A stretch of 64,000 bases of DNA from Dehalococcoidia bacterium (lineage in GTDB: Bacteria > Chloroflexota > Dehalococcoidia > Lucifugimonadales > UBA3495), in contig OZ242043.1 of the NCBI GenBank assembly GCA_965205185.1, forward strand, positions 967,682 to 1,031,681, in the 5' to 3' direction. Shown in pieces: positions 45,864 to 55,938 of this stretch. The notes beneath the pieces are model-generated. The model had not been told where the DNA came from. It was given only the letters and a program-made list of their open reading frames with translations, and ran no database searches. Numbering within the stretch: the first letter of the stretch is position 1; every line of letters begins with the position of its first letter. The position numbers and the translations under genes are program-made.

Positions 45864-47189
45864 ATGGGGGTTGATTTGTTGGATGGGGATGGGGTTCGGG
45901 TTGTTTGCCGGCCGGGTCGGTTGGGGGGGGAGTTGCGGGTGCCGGGGGATAAGTCGGTGTCGCATCGGGCGCTGATTCTGAATGCTATGGCTTTGGGGGC
46001 GGCGCGGGTTTCGGGGCTTTCGGATGGGGCGGATGTGGGGTCTACGATGGCTTGTTTGCGGGGGATGGGGGCGGAAATCGCGGCGGGGGATGCGGCGGGG
46101 GAGTGGGTAGTCGTGGGGCGGGGGCCGGAGCTGGTTGAGCCGGGGGATGTGCTGGATGCGGGGAATAGCGGGACGTCGATGCGGCTTTTGGCGGGGCTTT
46201 TGGCGGGGCAGCGGTTTTTGGCGGTGATTACGGGGGACGGGTCGTTGCGCTCGCGGCCGATGGGGCGGATTGTGGAGCCTTTGCGGCGGATGGGGGCGGA
46301 GGTGACGGGACGGCGGGACGGGACGCTGGCGCCGCTGGTGATACGGGGGGGCGGGCTGCGGGGGATGGAGTATGATTTGCCGGTGGCGAGCGCTCAGGTT
46401 AAGTCGTGTATTTTGCTGGCGGGGTTGTCGGCGGAGGGGGATACGGTGATTCGCCAGCCGGCGTTGTCGCGGGATCATACGGAGCGGATGATGGCGGCGA
46501 TGGGGGCGGGGGTGGAGGTGGACGGGCTGGATTTGCGGTTGCGGCCGGGGGCGCTGAGGGCGGTGGATGTGTCGGTGCCGGGGGATATTAGCTCGGCGGC
46601 GTTTTGGATGGTGGCGGGGTTGTGCCATCCCGATGCGCGGGTGCTGGCGCGGGGGGTGGGATTGAATCCGAGCCGGACGGGGATTATTGATGTTTTGCGG
46701 GCGATGGGGGCGGGGGATAGTTTGCGGTTGCTGGATGAGCGGGTCGAGGGGGGGGAGCCGGTGGCGGATGTGCTGGTGACTTCGGGGCGGTTGCGGGGGA
46801 CGGAAATCGGGGGGGAGATGATACCGCGGATTTTGGATGAGGCGCCGGTTTTGGCGGCGGCGGCTTGCTTCGCGGAGGGGAAGACGGTGATCCGGGATGC
46901 GGCGGAGTTGCGGGTTAAGGAGTCGGATCGGATTGCGACTACGGTGGCGGAACTTTCACGGCTGGGGGCGGATATTGAGGCGCGGGAGGACGGGATGGTG
47001 ATACGGGGAGGGCGGGGGCTGAGGGGGGCGGATTGCGAGTCGCATGGGGATCATCGGCTGGCGATGTCGCTGGCGGTGTGCGGGCTGTTGGCGGAGGGGG
47101 AGACGCGGGTGCATGGGGCGGGGGATGCGGCGGTGTCGTATCCGGGGTTTTGGGATGATTTGGCTGTTTTGGCGAATCAAGGGGGTTAG
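45864..47189 (+). CDS. aroA: 3-phosphoshikimate 1-carboxyvinyltransferase (EPSP synthase)
   Basis: 'VPGDKSVSHRALIL', 'LDAGNSGTSMRLLAG' and 'RVKESDRI'. Confidence 0.9.
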   Translation: MGVDLLDGDGVRVVCRPGRLGGELRVPGDKSVSHRALILNAMALGAARVSGLSDGADVGSTMACLRGMGAEIAAGDAAGEWVVVGRGPELVEPGDVLDAGNSGTSMRLLAGLLAGQRFLAVITGDGSLRSRPMGRIVEPLRRMGAEVTGRRDGTLAPLVIRGGGLRGMEYDLPVASAQVKSCILLAGLSAEGDTVIRQPALSRDHTERMMAAMGAGVEVDGLDLRLRPGALRAVDVSVPGDISSAAFWMVAGLCHPDARVLARGVGLNPSRTGIIDVLRAMGAGDSLRLLDERVEGGEPVADVLVTSGRLRGTEIGGEMIPRILDEAPVLAAAACFAEGKTVIRDAAELRVKESDRIATTVAELSRLGADIEAREDGMVIRGGRGLRGADCESHGDHRLAMSLAVCGLLAEGETRVHGAGDAAVSYPGFWDDLAVLANQGG

Positions 47190-47192
47190 GGC

Positions 47193-47816
47193 GTGATTTC
47201 GCGATTGCCGGAATCGAGTTTGCCGCCGCCGTTGCTGGTGGTGATTTCGGGGCCGTCGGGGGTGGGGAAGGATGCGGCGCTGAGGGAGTTGCGGAAGCTG
47301 GGGCGTCCGTGGCATTTTGCGGTGACGGCGACGACGCGTCCGATGCGGGCGGGGGAGCGGGATGGGGCGGATTATATTTTTTTGGATGCCGAAACTTTCG
47401 GGCGGATGCGGGAGCGGGATGAGTTTCTGGAGTGCGCGGAGGTTTACGGGCGCTGGTATGGGGTGCCGCGGGGCCAGGTGCGGGATGCGCTGCGGGAGGG
47501 GCGGGATGTTATCTTGAAGATGGATGTGCAGGGGGCGGCGGCGATCCGGCGGCTGGCGCCGGAGGCGTTGCTGATCTTTTTGATTCCGCCGTCGATGGCG
47601 GATTTGCGGCAAAGGTTGCAGGGGCGGATGACGGAAACGGCGCCGGAGCTGACGCGGCGTCTGCGGACGGCGGAGGATGAGCTTTCGCGGATCCGGGAGT
47701 ATGATTACCGGGTGGTGAATGAAAACGGGGGGCTGGAGCGGGCGGCGGCGGAGATCGATGCGATTATCACGGCGGAGAAGTGCCGGGTTACGCCGCGGCT
47801 GGCGCAGTTGCTTTGA
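47193..47816 (+). CDS. gmk: Guanylate kinase
   Basis: GTG start. 'VISGPSGVGKD' P-loop and 'TTRPMRAGERDGADYIF'. Confidence 0.9.
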   Translation: MISRLPESSLPPPLLVVISGPSGVGKDAALRELRKLGRPWHFAVTATTRPMRAGERDGADYIFLDAETFGRMRERDEFLECAEVYGRWYGVPRGQVRDALREGRDVILKMDVQGAAAIRRLAPEALLIFLIPPSMADLRQRLQGRMTETAPELTRRLRTAEDELSRIREYDYRVVNENGGLERAAAEIDAIITAEKCRVTPRLAQLL

Positions 47817-48439
47817 TGGGGGGTACGGTTCTGCTTGCTGGGTAGCCGGCCATTAAACCGCTAAAAGGGTCGCAGGATGCCGCTCTCAATTATGATGATT
47901 ATTACAGGGGGCGCATTCGCGGTGACCACCCGCCGGCCGGCGCCGGCTAAGTCTGCGACTAGGGCGTCAACGATGTTCGGGGCGGCGATTTGTTGGATGG
48001 CACTTTAATGCTTAAACGCGATAGTCGGCCGCAACCGGCGCGACCAGATTCAGGGTGCAGCGTCAAAGAACAACTGATCGGGTGGAGTGTGTTACGGGGC
48101 ATTCGGCGCAATAGCGTCGGGAGTGTATTTTGGGGGATAACCAAAGCCTTTAGGGGAATTGGTTGGGCTGTATTATTGCGTGGGCCCGAACAGGCTGGAG
48201 GAAATGTCTTGCTGGGGCTTTCCGCCGGGTTTGGCGGGTTTGGGGCGATGGCCGGTCGGGGCGGGAGGTTGACGGGGGCGGCGGCGGCGGGTAGGATGTT
48301 GCGGTAGTCATAGGATGTTCCGGTAGTCAGTGGTGTTGGCGGCTGGTTTTCGGTTTGCCGGTAAGGGGATGGGTGGGGCGGGCGCCGATAGGTCGGCGTT
48401 GCCTTTATTTTTGGGCGCTGAAGGCTTTGGGGGGATTGG

Positions 48440-49351
48440 ATGGCTCAAGCTAATAATAGGGCGGAATTGCGGCCGCGGCTTCCTGATTGGCTTAAGGTGC
48501 AGATGCCGGGGAGTCCGCGGTATATGCAGCTGAAGGAGCTGATGCGGGGGCAGGAGCTGCATACGGTTTGCGAGGAGGCGCGTTGTCCGAATATCGGGGA
48601 GTGCTGGGGGCGGGGGACGGCTACTTTTATGATTTTGGGGGATGTTTGCACCCGGCGGTGTCATTATTGCGCGGTTACTACGGGGCGTCCATTGGGGTTG
48701 GATTGGCAGGAGCCGGCGCGGCTGGCGGAAACGGTGCGGGCGATGGGTTTGCGGTATTGCGTTATAACGTCGGTGAACCGGGATGATTTGCCGGATGGGG
48801 GGGCGGGGGTTTTTGCGGAATGTATCCGGCGCATTGGGGAAGTTATGCCGGAAACGCGGGTTGAGGTTCTGATCCCGGATTTCGGGGGGGATTGGGCGGC
48901 TTTGCGGCGGGTTATTGATGCGGGGCCGGCGGTGTTGAATCATAATATCGAGTCTACAGTGCGGGTTTTTCCCCGGGTGCGGCCCAAGGGGGATTATAAT
49001 CTTTCGTTGGAATTGCTGGCTAGGGTCAAAGAAATGGAACCGGGTATGGTTACGAAGTCGGGGATAATTGTGGGGATGGGGGAAACGGCGGCGGAGGTGT
49101 TGTCGACGATGGGGGATTTGCGGGGGGTTGAGTGCGATTTGCTGACGATCGGGCAATATCTGCGGCCTTCGGCGAAGCATATTGCGATTGATCGTTTTTA
49201 TACGCCGGGGGAGTTTGAGGAATTGCGGATGGCGGGGTTGGGGATGGGATTCAAGCACGTGGCGTCGGGGCCGTTGGTGCGGTCGTCGTATCATGCGGAT
49301 GAGCAGCATGATGCGGCTTTTGTTACGGTGCCGTTGCGGGGTAAGGGATAA
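48440..49351 (+). CDS. lipA: Lipoyl synthase
   Basis: 'VCEEARCPNIGECW' and the radical-SAM motif 'CTRRCHYC'. Confidence 0.9.
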   Translation: MAQANNRAELRPRLPDWLKVQMPGSPRYMQLKELMRGQELHTVCEEARCPNIGECWGRGTATFMILGDVCTRRCHYCAVTTGRPLGLDWQEPARLAETVRAMGLRYCVITSVNRDDLPDGGAGVFAECIRRIGEVMPETRVEVLIPDFGGDWAALRRVIDAGPAVLNHNIESTVRVFPRVRPKGDYNLSLELLARVKEMEPGMVTKSGIIVGMGETAAEVLSTMGDLRGVECDLLTIGQYLRPSAKHIAIDRFYTPGEFEELRMAGLGMGFKHVASGPLVRSSYHADEQHDAAFVTVPLRGKG

Positions 49352-49396
49352 GGGGTAGGGGGTTGTTGGCGTTGGCGTGTTGTTGGGGTTTTCGGT

Positions 49397-50968
49397 ATGC
49401 GGGTTAGTTTGGTTTTGTTGAACGCCAATGTTATTACGATGGATCCCGCTGGCCCGCGGGCCGAGGCGGTGGCGGTGGCCGGTGAGCGGGTGGCGGCGGT
49501 GGGGGATAACGGGGACATCCGGCGGATGGGGTCGCGGGGGGCGCGGGTGGTGGATTGCCAGGGGTTTACGTTGCTGCCGGGGTTTAATGACGCGCATTGC
49601 CATTTGCTGGGGCTGGGGCGGCGGTTGCAGGATTTGGATTGCAGCCCGGATGCTTTATTGCGTATGGGCGGGGCGTCGGTGAGGTCGCTGATGGCGCTGG
49701 TGCGGGGGCGGGCGCGGGGGTTGCGGGCCGGGGCTTGGGTGCGGGGTTACGGGTATGATGATGCGGGGATGGCGGAGGGGCGGCATCCGGTGCGGGGGGA
49801 GTTGGATTGGGCGGTGCCGGATAATCCGGTGTGGCTGGAGCATCGGAGCGGTCATGCGGCGGCGCTTAACAGTAGGGCTCTGGCGCTGGCGGGGGTGGGG
49901 CGGGAGACGGAGGAGCCACCTGGTGGGGTGATTGAGCGGGACGGGGAAAGCGGGGAGCCTACGGGCGTTTTGCTGGAGATGCGGGATTTTTTGCGGCGGC
50001 GGTTGGGGAATATTCGCAGTCGGGACGATTTCGATGCGGGGATGCGGGCGGCGGGGGAGTTGCTGGGGAGTTATGGGATAATATCGGCGCAGGATGCGGG
50101 GGCGGATAACGGGTTGGAGCGGTGGGATGTTTTCCGGCGGCTGCTGAGGGAGGGGGTTCTGGGATGTCGGGTTACGATGTTTGCCGGGGCGGGGCGGTTG
50201 GATGAGTTCGCGGCGGCGGGGATGGCTTTCGGGTCGGGGGACGGGCGGTTGCGGTTGGGACACGCCAAGGTGATGCTTACGATGACGGGGGGGGAGTTGT
50301 ATCCGCCGGCGGGGGAGTTGGCGGGGTTGGTGGCGGGGGCGCATCGGCGGGGGTTTCCGGCAGCGGCGCATTGCGTTGAGGGGGAGGCGATTGGCGCGGC
50401 GGCGGGGGTTTTGGGAGATGGGGGGGTTGGGGTTGGGGTTGCGGATCGGATTGAGCATTGCGCGGAGGCGCCGCCGTTGCTGGTGGATGCGGTGCGGCGG
50501 TCGGGGGTGGTTGTGGTTACGCAGCCGGGGTTTCTGTATCACAATGGGGCGGCTTATCGGGGTAGGGTTGCGGGGTGGTTGCTGCCACATTTGTATCCGG
50601 TGGGGGGGTTGCATCGGGCCGGGGTTTTGGTGGCTTTCGGTTCGGATGCGCCGGTGATCGATCCTAATCCTTGGCCGGCGATTTATAGCGCGGTTACGGG
50701 TTGCGCGGGGGATGGGGAATGGTTGGGCGGGGGTGATGTTGGGGGCGGGCGGGCGGTGGGTTTGGGGGCGGCGCTGCGGATGTATACGGCGGCGGGGGCT
50801 TTGGCGGAGGGGATGGGGGGGGATAAGGGGGTTATTGCGCGGGGTATGCTGGCGGATATGGTTTTGGTGGATGGGGATCCGTTTGTTTTGGGGGCGGGGG
50901 GGTTGGCAGGGGTGCGGGCGGTGATGACGGTTGTTGGGGGGGCGGTGGTTTGGGGGGGCGGGTTGTAA
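49397..50968 (+). CDS. Amidohydrolase-family (Amidohydro_3) metal-dependent hydrolase
   Basis: 'LLPGFNDAHCHL' metal-binding motif. 523 aa. Confidence 0.8.
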   Translation: MRVSLVLLNANVITMDPAGPRAEAVAVAGERVAAVGDNGDIRRMGSRGARVVDCQGFTLLPGFNDAHCHLLGLGRRLQDLDCSPDALLRMGGASVRSLMALVRGRARGLRAGAWVRGYGYDDAGMAEGRHPVRGELDWAVPDNPVWLEHRSGHAAALNSRALALAGVGRETEEPPGGVIERDGESGEPTGVLLEMRDFLRRRLGNIRSRDDFDAGMRAAGELLGSYGIISAQDAGADNGLERWDVFRRLLREGVLGCRVTMFAGAGRLDEFAAAGMAFGSGDGRLRLGHAKVMLTMTGGELYPPAGELAGLVAGAHRRGFPAAAHCVEGEAIGAAAGVLGDGGVGVGVADRIEHCAEAPPLLVDAVRRSGVVVVTQPGFLYHNGAAYRGRVAGWLLPHLYPVGGLHRAGVLVAFGSDAPVIDPNPWPAIYSAVTGCAGDGEWLGGGDVGGGRAVGLGAALRMYTAAGALAEGMGGDKGVIARGMLADMVLVDGDPFVLGAGGLAGVRAVMTVVGGAVVWGGGL

Positions 50969-51379
50969 GCGGGTTGTAAGGTGCTTGCAGTGTCTGGGTA
51001 TTGGCTGGGATTGTGGGGGGGGTGTTGCGATGGGAGGGCGTATGGGTTTGCGTTCCGGCGGACGTGGTTGGATGTTAATGTCTGCGTGGGTTGGGAATGG
51101 GGGATTTCTGTATCATCAATGCCTGTATTGCTAATGCCTGCCGATTATTTCTGTTAATGCGGGATTTATACGGTAGGGAAAACTAGCTTTTGTTGTTGGT
51201 AATGTCTGCCTAAGATTCCCGCATTCTCGGTAATGATGGGTACTTTGATATGGCGATTGGAGTGACCAGGTATTCGCAAGAATGATTTGTGAGTGAGGGA
51301 TGATAGGGTTGCCGATGTTTGGCAAGGGGCGGGTTTGGGGGCCTGCCCCTTGCGTTTTGCAATGTGGTTGGGGTGGGGG

Positions 51380-52819
51380 TTATGGGGTGGTTAGTTGTTG
51401 TAGGCGGTGGTATTCGGGGGTGTTGGTGTCGGCTTGGGGCCAGGTTTTTTGGGCTTGGGTTAGGTTGGTTTGGGCTTGGGGGTGGTGGCCCTGGCCTAGT
51501 TGGGCGCGGGCTAACCAGAAGCGCTCGCGGGGGGAGTCGCGGCGGGCTAGGCGCTCGTGGAGCATTTGGATGGCTTGGTCGAATTGTTCGGCGCGGAGGT
51601 AGGCTTCGAGGAGGGTGTCCTCGAATACGAGGCGCTGGGCGTGGCTGCCGCCGACGCGGGTTAGCTGGGGGTAGACGGGTTCTAGCAGGCGGACGGCTTC
51701 TTGGTATTCGCCGCGGCCGAAGGCGCCTATGCCTTGGATCAGGGGGAGGGTGGCTTCTTTGGCGCAGGGGTCGCCGGCGTCGGCCATTTGCTGGAGGCCG
51801 TCTACCAGTTGGTTGAAGGATTCGCTGTCGCCGGCGGCGGTGAAGGCGAGGGCGGCGTGGGCGTCGCGGAAGGAGGGGCCGGGGCGGGCGGCGGCGGGGG
51901 CGGCGAGTTCGACCAGTTCGGTCCAGGGGGATTGGGGGGCGGTGTCGCCGTAGATCCGCATTCGCCAGATTAGGGATGCGCTGTCGGCGAGGGCGGCGTA
52001 TTGTTTGCCGCGGACGGCGGGGCGGATGTCGTTTTCGTACCAGTTGAGGGCTTGGTTGTAGCGTCCGAGGGCCAGCTCGAATAGGGCTTGGTGCCAGGAG
52101 AGGTGGACGCGGTAGCTGGCGCGGCGGTCGTAGTCGTCGAGCCAGCTGCCGAGGAAGGCGGCGCCGTCGTCGTTTTGGCTGAGTTCGTAGAATACGTGGG
52201 CTACGGAGTGGGCGGCGACGGCGTTGGCGGGGTTGAGGTCGAGGGAACGTTGGGCGAGGCTTAGGCCCTCGTCCATTTTGCCGATTTCGTGGTGGGCCCA
52301 GGCGTATTGGCCCATAAAGGCCCAGTCGTCGCCGTAGGCGGGGGCGGCGTCGGTCATCAGTTGGTAGAACTTGGGGGGGTAGTCGGGGATGCCGGCGCCG
52401 ACGCAGCCCTGGATGTAGAGGCGCTGGGCGAGGCGCAGGAGGAGGGAGTCGAGGGGAAATTCTTTTAGGTGTTCTTGGACGGCGGCGGTGGCGGGGTGGT
52501 TGTGTCCGTTGACGAATTGGGAAATGGCGTTGATGTGGCCGCGTTCGCGGCGGGTTAGGGCGGGGGCGAGTTTTTGGGCGGTTTGGGCGCTGGCGCGGGC
52601 TTCGGGGACGGCGATGCGAATGAATTGCATGAAGGCGAGGCCGGCGTGGGCGAGGGCGAAGGCGTCGTCGGCTTCGACGGCGAGGGCGAAGGCTTCCTCG
52701 GCGCCGAAATTTTGGGATAGGGCGAGGTCGAGGCCCTGGGCGTAGTGGGCTAGGGCGGTTTGGGAGTTGGTGGTGAGGGGGAGTCCGTAGCGGTCGGAGT
52801 AGGGGGTTTGGGTGGTCAT
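51380..52819 (-). CDS. Tetratricopeptide-repeat protein
   Basis: 479 aa with repeated A/L/Y-rich TPR-like helices throughout. Clean C/A-ending codon dialect. Confidence 0.7.
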   Translation of the reverse strand: MTTQTPYSDRYGLPLTTNSQTALAHYAQGLDLALSQNFGAEEAFALAVEADDAFALAHAGLAFMQFIRIAVPEARASAQTAQKLAPALTRRERGHINAISQFVNGHNHPATAAVQEHLKEFPLDSLLLRLAQRLYIQGCVGAGIPDYPPKFYQLMTDAAPAYGDDWAFMGQYAWAHHEIGKMDEGLSLAQRSLDLNPANAVAAHSVAHVFYELSQNDDGAAFLGSWLDDYDRRASYRVHLSWHQALFELALGRYNQALNWYENDIRPAVRGKQYAALADSASLIWRMRIYGDTAPQSPWTELVELAAPAAARPGPSFRDAHAALAFTAAGDSESFNQLVDGLQQMADAGDPCAKEATLPLIQGIGAFGRGEYQEAVRLLEPVYPQLTRVGGSHAQRLVFEDTLLEAYLRAEQFDQAIQMLHERLARRDSPRERFWLARAQLGQGHHPQAQTNLTQAQKTWPQADTNTPEYHRLQQLTTP

Positions 52820-52957
52820 GGCGGCGCTCCTGTTGGCGGGTTAGTCGGCGGATGGGTGGAGTTTAATATAGGATGGGGGCTGGGCGCAACCGGGGGGGCG
52901 GCGATGTATCCGGTGGCGGGGCGTTTGGTGGCGGGGCGTTGGCGGTGTATGCCGTGG

Positions 52958-52986
52958 TTGACACTGTTTTAGCCGGGCAACATAAT
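52958..52986 (+). promoter_or_regulatory. Sigma70-type promoter of pncB
   Basis: TTGACA (52958-52963), 17-nt spacer, CATAAT (52981-52986). Confidence 0.4.
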
Positions 52987-53038
52987 ACGGGCATCTTGGG
53001 AAGGGCTTAATTTGGGGGATTTGGGTTTATGCGGGGTT

Positions 53039-54481
53039 ATGAGCAGACCTAATTTGGCGTATGGGGACGGGCAACTGGGGTTGTTTACGGACCTGTATGA
53101 GTTGACGATGGCGCAGGCGTATTTCCGGCAGGGGATGGTGGCGCCGGCGACTTTCAGTTTGACGGTGCGGGGTTATCCGCCGGATCGGGGGTATTTGGTG
53201 TCGGCGGGGCTGGAGGATGCGCTGGATTATCTGTCGGGGCTGCGGTTTGACGGGGAGGCGGTGGGGTATTTGCGGTCGTTGGGGATCTTCGGGGCGGATT
53301 TTTTGGAGTTTTTGCGGGGGCTGCGGTTTACGGGGGGCGTGCGGGCGATACCGGAGGGGCGGCTGTTTTTTGCGGATGAGCCGGTGCTGGAGGTTACGGC
53401 GCCGATTGTTGAGGCGCAGTTGGCGGAGACTTATGTGATCAATCAGTTGAATTTGCAGACGACGCTGGCGACGAAGGCGGCGCGTTGCGTGTGGGCGGCG
53501 CGGGGGCGGGGGATCGCGGATTTTGCGTCGCGGCGGACGCAGGGTTCGGATGCGGCGATGAAGATGGCGCGGGCGAGTTATATTGCGGGGTTTGGGTCGA
53601 CCAGTAATGTGCTGGCGGCGAGGCAGTACGGGATACCGCCGGCGGGGACGATGGCGCATTCGTTTATATCGAGTTTTCCGTCGGAGTTGGATGCTTTTCG
53701 GGCTTATGCCGATTGCTTTCCCGACCGGACGGTGCTGTTGTTGGATACTTATGACACTTTGGCGGGGGCTTGGAATGCGGTGGCGGTGGGGAAGGAGCTG
53801 GAGGCGGCGTATCCTGATGATGCGGGGCGGCGGCTGGTTGCGGTGCGGCTGGATTCGGGGGATTTCGGGGAGTTGAGCCGTAGGGTTAGGCGGGTGCTGG
53901 ATGATGCGGGGCTGGGGTATGTGAAGGTGCTGGTTAGCGGGGGGTTGGATGAGTATGCGATGGAGGGGCTGGCGGAGGGGGGGGCGCCTATTGATTTGTT
54001 CGGGGTGGGGACTAAGGCGGGGGTGTCGGCGGATGCGCCGTGGTTGGATATGGTGTATAAGCTGGTGGGTTTTGACGGGCGGCCGGTGATGAAGTTGAGC
54101 GAGGGGAAGGTTTCGTTGCCGGGGGCGAAGCAGGTTTTCCGGCGGCGGGGGGGTATGCCGGAATTGGATTCGGATTCGGGGGAGGGGTTGTCGGGGGATG
54201 TTATCGGGCTGGAGGGGGAAGTTGGGCCGGCGGGGGCGGAGGCGCTGCTGCGGGAGGTGATGGTCGGCGGGGAGCGGACGGAGGGGCCGGCGACGGCGGG
54301 GGAGTTGCGGGAGCGGTTTAGGGAGGAGTTTGCGGCGTTGCCGGAACGGTTTAAGGTTTTGCGGCGGCCGCCGCGGTTTCCGGTGTCGGTCAGCTCGCGG
54401 TTGCAGCGTTTGACGGCGGAGACGCGGGCGGCGGCGGAGTTGGCTAATGTTTCGGGCGAGTCGGGTCGGGGTGGGAGGTAG
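53039..54481 (+). CDS. pncB: Nicotinate phosphoribosyltransferase
   Basis: Start at the ATG at 53039. 'LFTDLYELTMAQAYF', 'DFASRRTQG' and 'GTMAHSFI'. Confidence 0.85.
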   Translation: MSRPNLAYGDGQLGLFTDLYELTMAQAYFRQGMVAPATFSLTVRGYPPDRGYLVSAGLEDALDYLSGLRFDGEAVGYLRSLGIFGADFLEFLRGLRFTGGVRAIPEGRLFFADEPVLEVTAPIVEAQLAETYVINQLNLQTTLATKAARCVWAARGRGIADFASRRTQGSDAAMKMARASYIAGFGSTSNVLAARQYGIPPAGTMAHSFISSFPSELDAFRAYADCFPDRTVLLLDTYDTLAGAWNAVAVGKELEAAYPDDAGRRLVAVRLDSGDFGELSRRVRRVLDDAGLGYVKVLVSGGLDEYAMEGLAEGGAPIDLFGVGTKAGVSADAPWLDMVYKLVGFDGRPVMKLSEGKVSLPGAKQVFRRRGGMPELDSDSGEGLSGDVIGLEGEVGPAGAEALLREVMVGGERTEGPATAGELRERFREEFAALPERFKVLRRPPRFPVSVSSRLQRLTAETRAAAELANVSGESGRGGR

Positions 54482-54488
54482 GGGGATT

Positions 54489-55796
54489 ATGGGGACGCCT
54501 AATTTTGCGAACCGGACTTTGTATTACGGGGATAATCTGCCGGCTTTGCGGCGGATGAATAGCGAGACGGTGCATTTGATTGCGACGGATCCGCCTTTCA
54601 AGAAGCAGCGGGGGTTTTTCAGCGATGCCGGGGGGTATGATGATCGTTGGACTTGGCAGAGGGATATTCTGGGGCTGGATCGTAAAGGAAATGCGGTAGC
54701 GGAAAATCATGATGATTGGGTTGACCAGATTCAGGATGATTGGCCGGGGGCTTGGATGGTTATTGCGGCGGCGCGTAGCACTTATGGCGATGATATGGGG
54801 GCTTTTCTGTGCTGGCTTGGGGTGCGGTTGATGGAGCTGCGGCGGATCTTGCGGAATGACGGCAGTATTTATATTCATATAGACGAAACGGCGGTTCACG
54901 ATGATGCGGGGTTGGTGTATTGGCCGAAACGGGGTTCGGTGCCTCAACAAAAGCGGTATGTTGATGAAAATCCGGGTACGCCGGTAACGGATGTTATTGA
55001 TGATCTAGGGCCGTTGGGGGCTCATGCGCGGGAACGGACGCGGTATCCGACGCAGAAGCCTTTGGCGTTGTATGAGCGGATTATACGGGCGTCGAGTAAT
55101 CGGGGGGATGTGGTGCTGGATCCGTTTTGCGGGTGCGCTACTACGCCGGTGGCGGCGGAGCGTTTGGGGCGGCAGTGGGTGGGGATGGATCTTTGGGAAC
55201 AGGCATACGATAAAGTTGCCAGCCGTTTGCGGGAGTATGGGATCTTGGTTGACAACCCGGAGTTGGATGGGGCGGTTAATGAAAACGGGATGATGCGGTT
55301 TAACGAGTACCGGCTTACTTTGATTGATAATAAGGATAAGGGGGAGGAGTTTCCGGCGCGGACGGATGATAATGAAGTGGCGGCGCCGGCGCTGAATTTG
55401 CGGCGTCCGCGGCCTACGGAGCCTTGGCAGCAGTTGAGTAATGCGTTGATCCGGCGTATTTTGGTGGCGGCGCAAGGGCGGAATGGGTTGGTGGGGTGCG
55501 CTGGTTGCGGGCGGGCGCTGGAGGCGGATTTCTTTCATTTGGATCAGATCAGTCCTAAGTCGCAGGGGGGCGAAAACTATATTACTAACCGGATATTGAT
55601 TTGCGCTCCTTGCAATAGCCGGAAGTCGGATACCAAGACGCTGAAGGGGTTGCAGAATGATAACCGGCGGGAGAGGTGGATGAAGGATCGGAAGTTGGCG
55701 GAGGAGATGCAGTCGCTGGCGCGGATGCGGGCGGAGTGGGTGCGGGATCATTGGGATACGGAGCAGTGCCGGGAGTTTATTGCGCGGTTGCAGTAG
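54489..55796 (+). CDS. Beta-class (N6_N4_Mtase) DNA methyltransferase fused to a C-terminal HNH nuclease domain; methyltransferase core unusually short
   Basis: Motif IV 'IATDPPF', 'YPTQKPLALYERII' and motif I 'VVLDPFCGCATT'. C-terminal 'CAGCG...HLDQISPKSQGG...CAPCNSRK' (HNH). Confidence 0.8.
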   Translation: MGTPNFANRTLYYGDNLPALRRMNSETVHLIATDPPFKKQRGFFSDAGGYDDRWTWQRDILGLDRKGNAVAENHDDWVDQIQDDWPGAWMVIAAARSTYGDDMGAFLCWLGVRLMELRRILRNDGSIYIHIDETAVHDDAGLVYWPKRGSVPQQKRYVDENPGTPVTDVIDDLGPLGAHARERTRYPTQKPLALYERIIRASSNRGDVVLDPFCGCATTPVAAERLGRQWVGMDLWEQAYDKVASRLREYGILVDNPELDGAVNENGMMRFNEYRLTLIDNKDKGEEFPARTDDNEVAAPALNLRRPRPTEPWQQLSNALIRRILVAAQGRNGLVGCAGCGRALEADFFHLDQISPKSQGGENYITNRILICAPCNSRKSDTKTLKGLQNDNRRERWMKDRKLAEEMQSLARMRAEWVRDHWDTEQCREFIARLQ

Positions 55797-55938
55797 CGGG
55801 GATTGCAGGGTTCTTGGTTTGGCTGGAATGGTGGCATAGGCGGGGCGGGTGGGTGCGGGGGATTGTGGGTTGGGTGGGAATGATGGCAGCGGGGGATTGC
55901 GGGGGGGGGATGGCGAGTTTGCTTGAAAGGGGTTGATT

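Noticed and set aside
47850-48160. Possible gene in the skew-free gmk-lipA spacer
   Set aside because: The best minus-strand frame gives only about 50 codons ('...IQQIAAPNIVDALVADLAGAGRRVVTANAPPVIIIIIESGILRPF*') with no start codon, bounded upstream by a stop. It is probably a relic and not annotatable.
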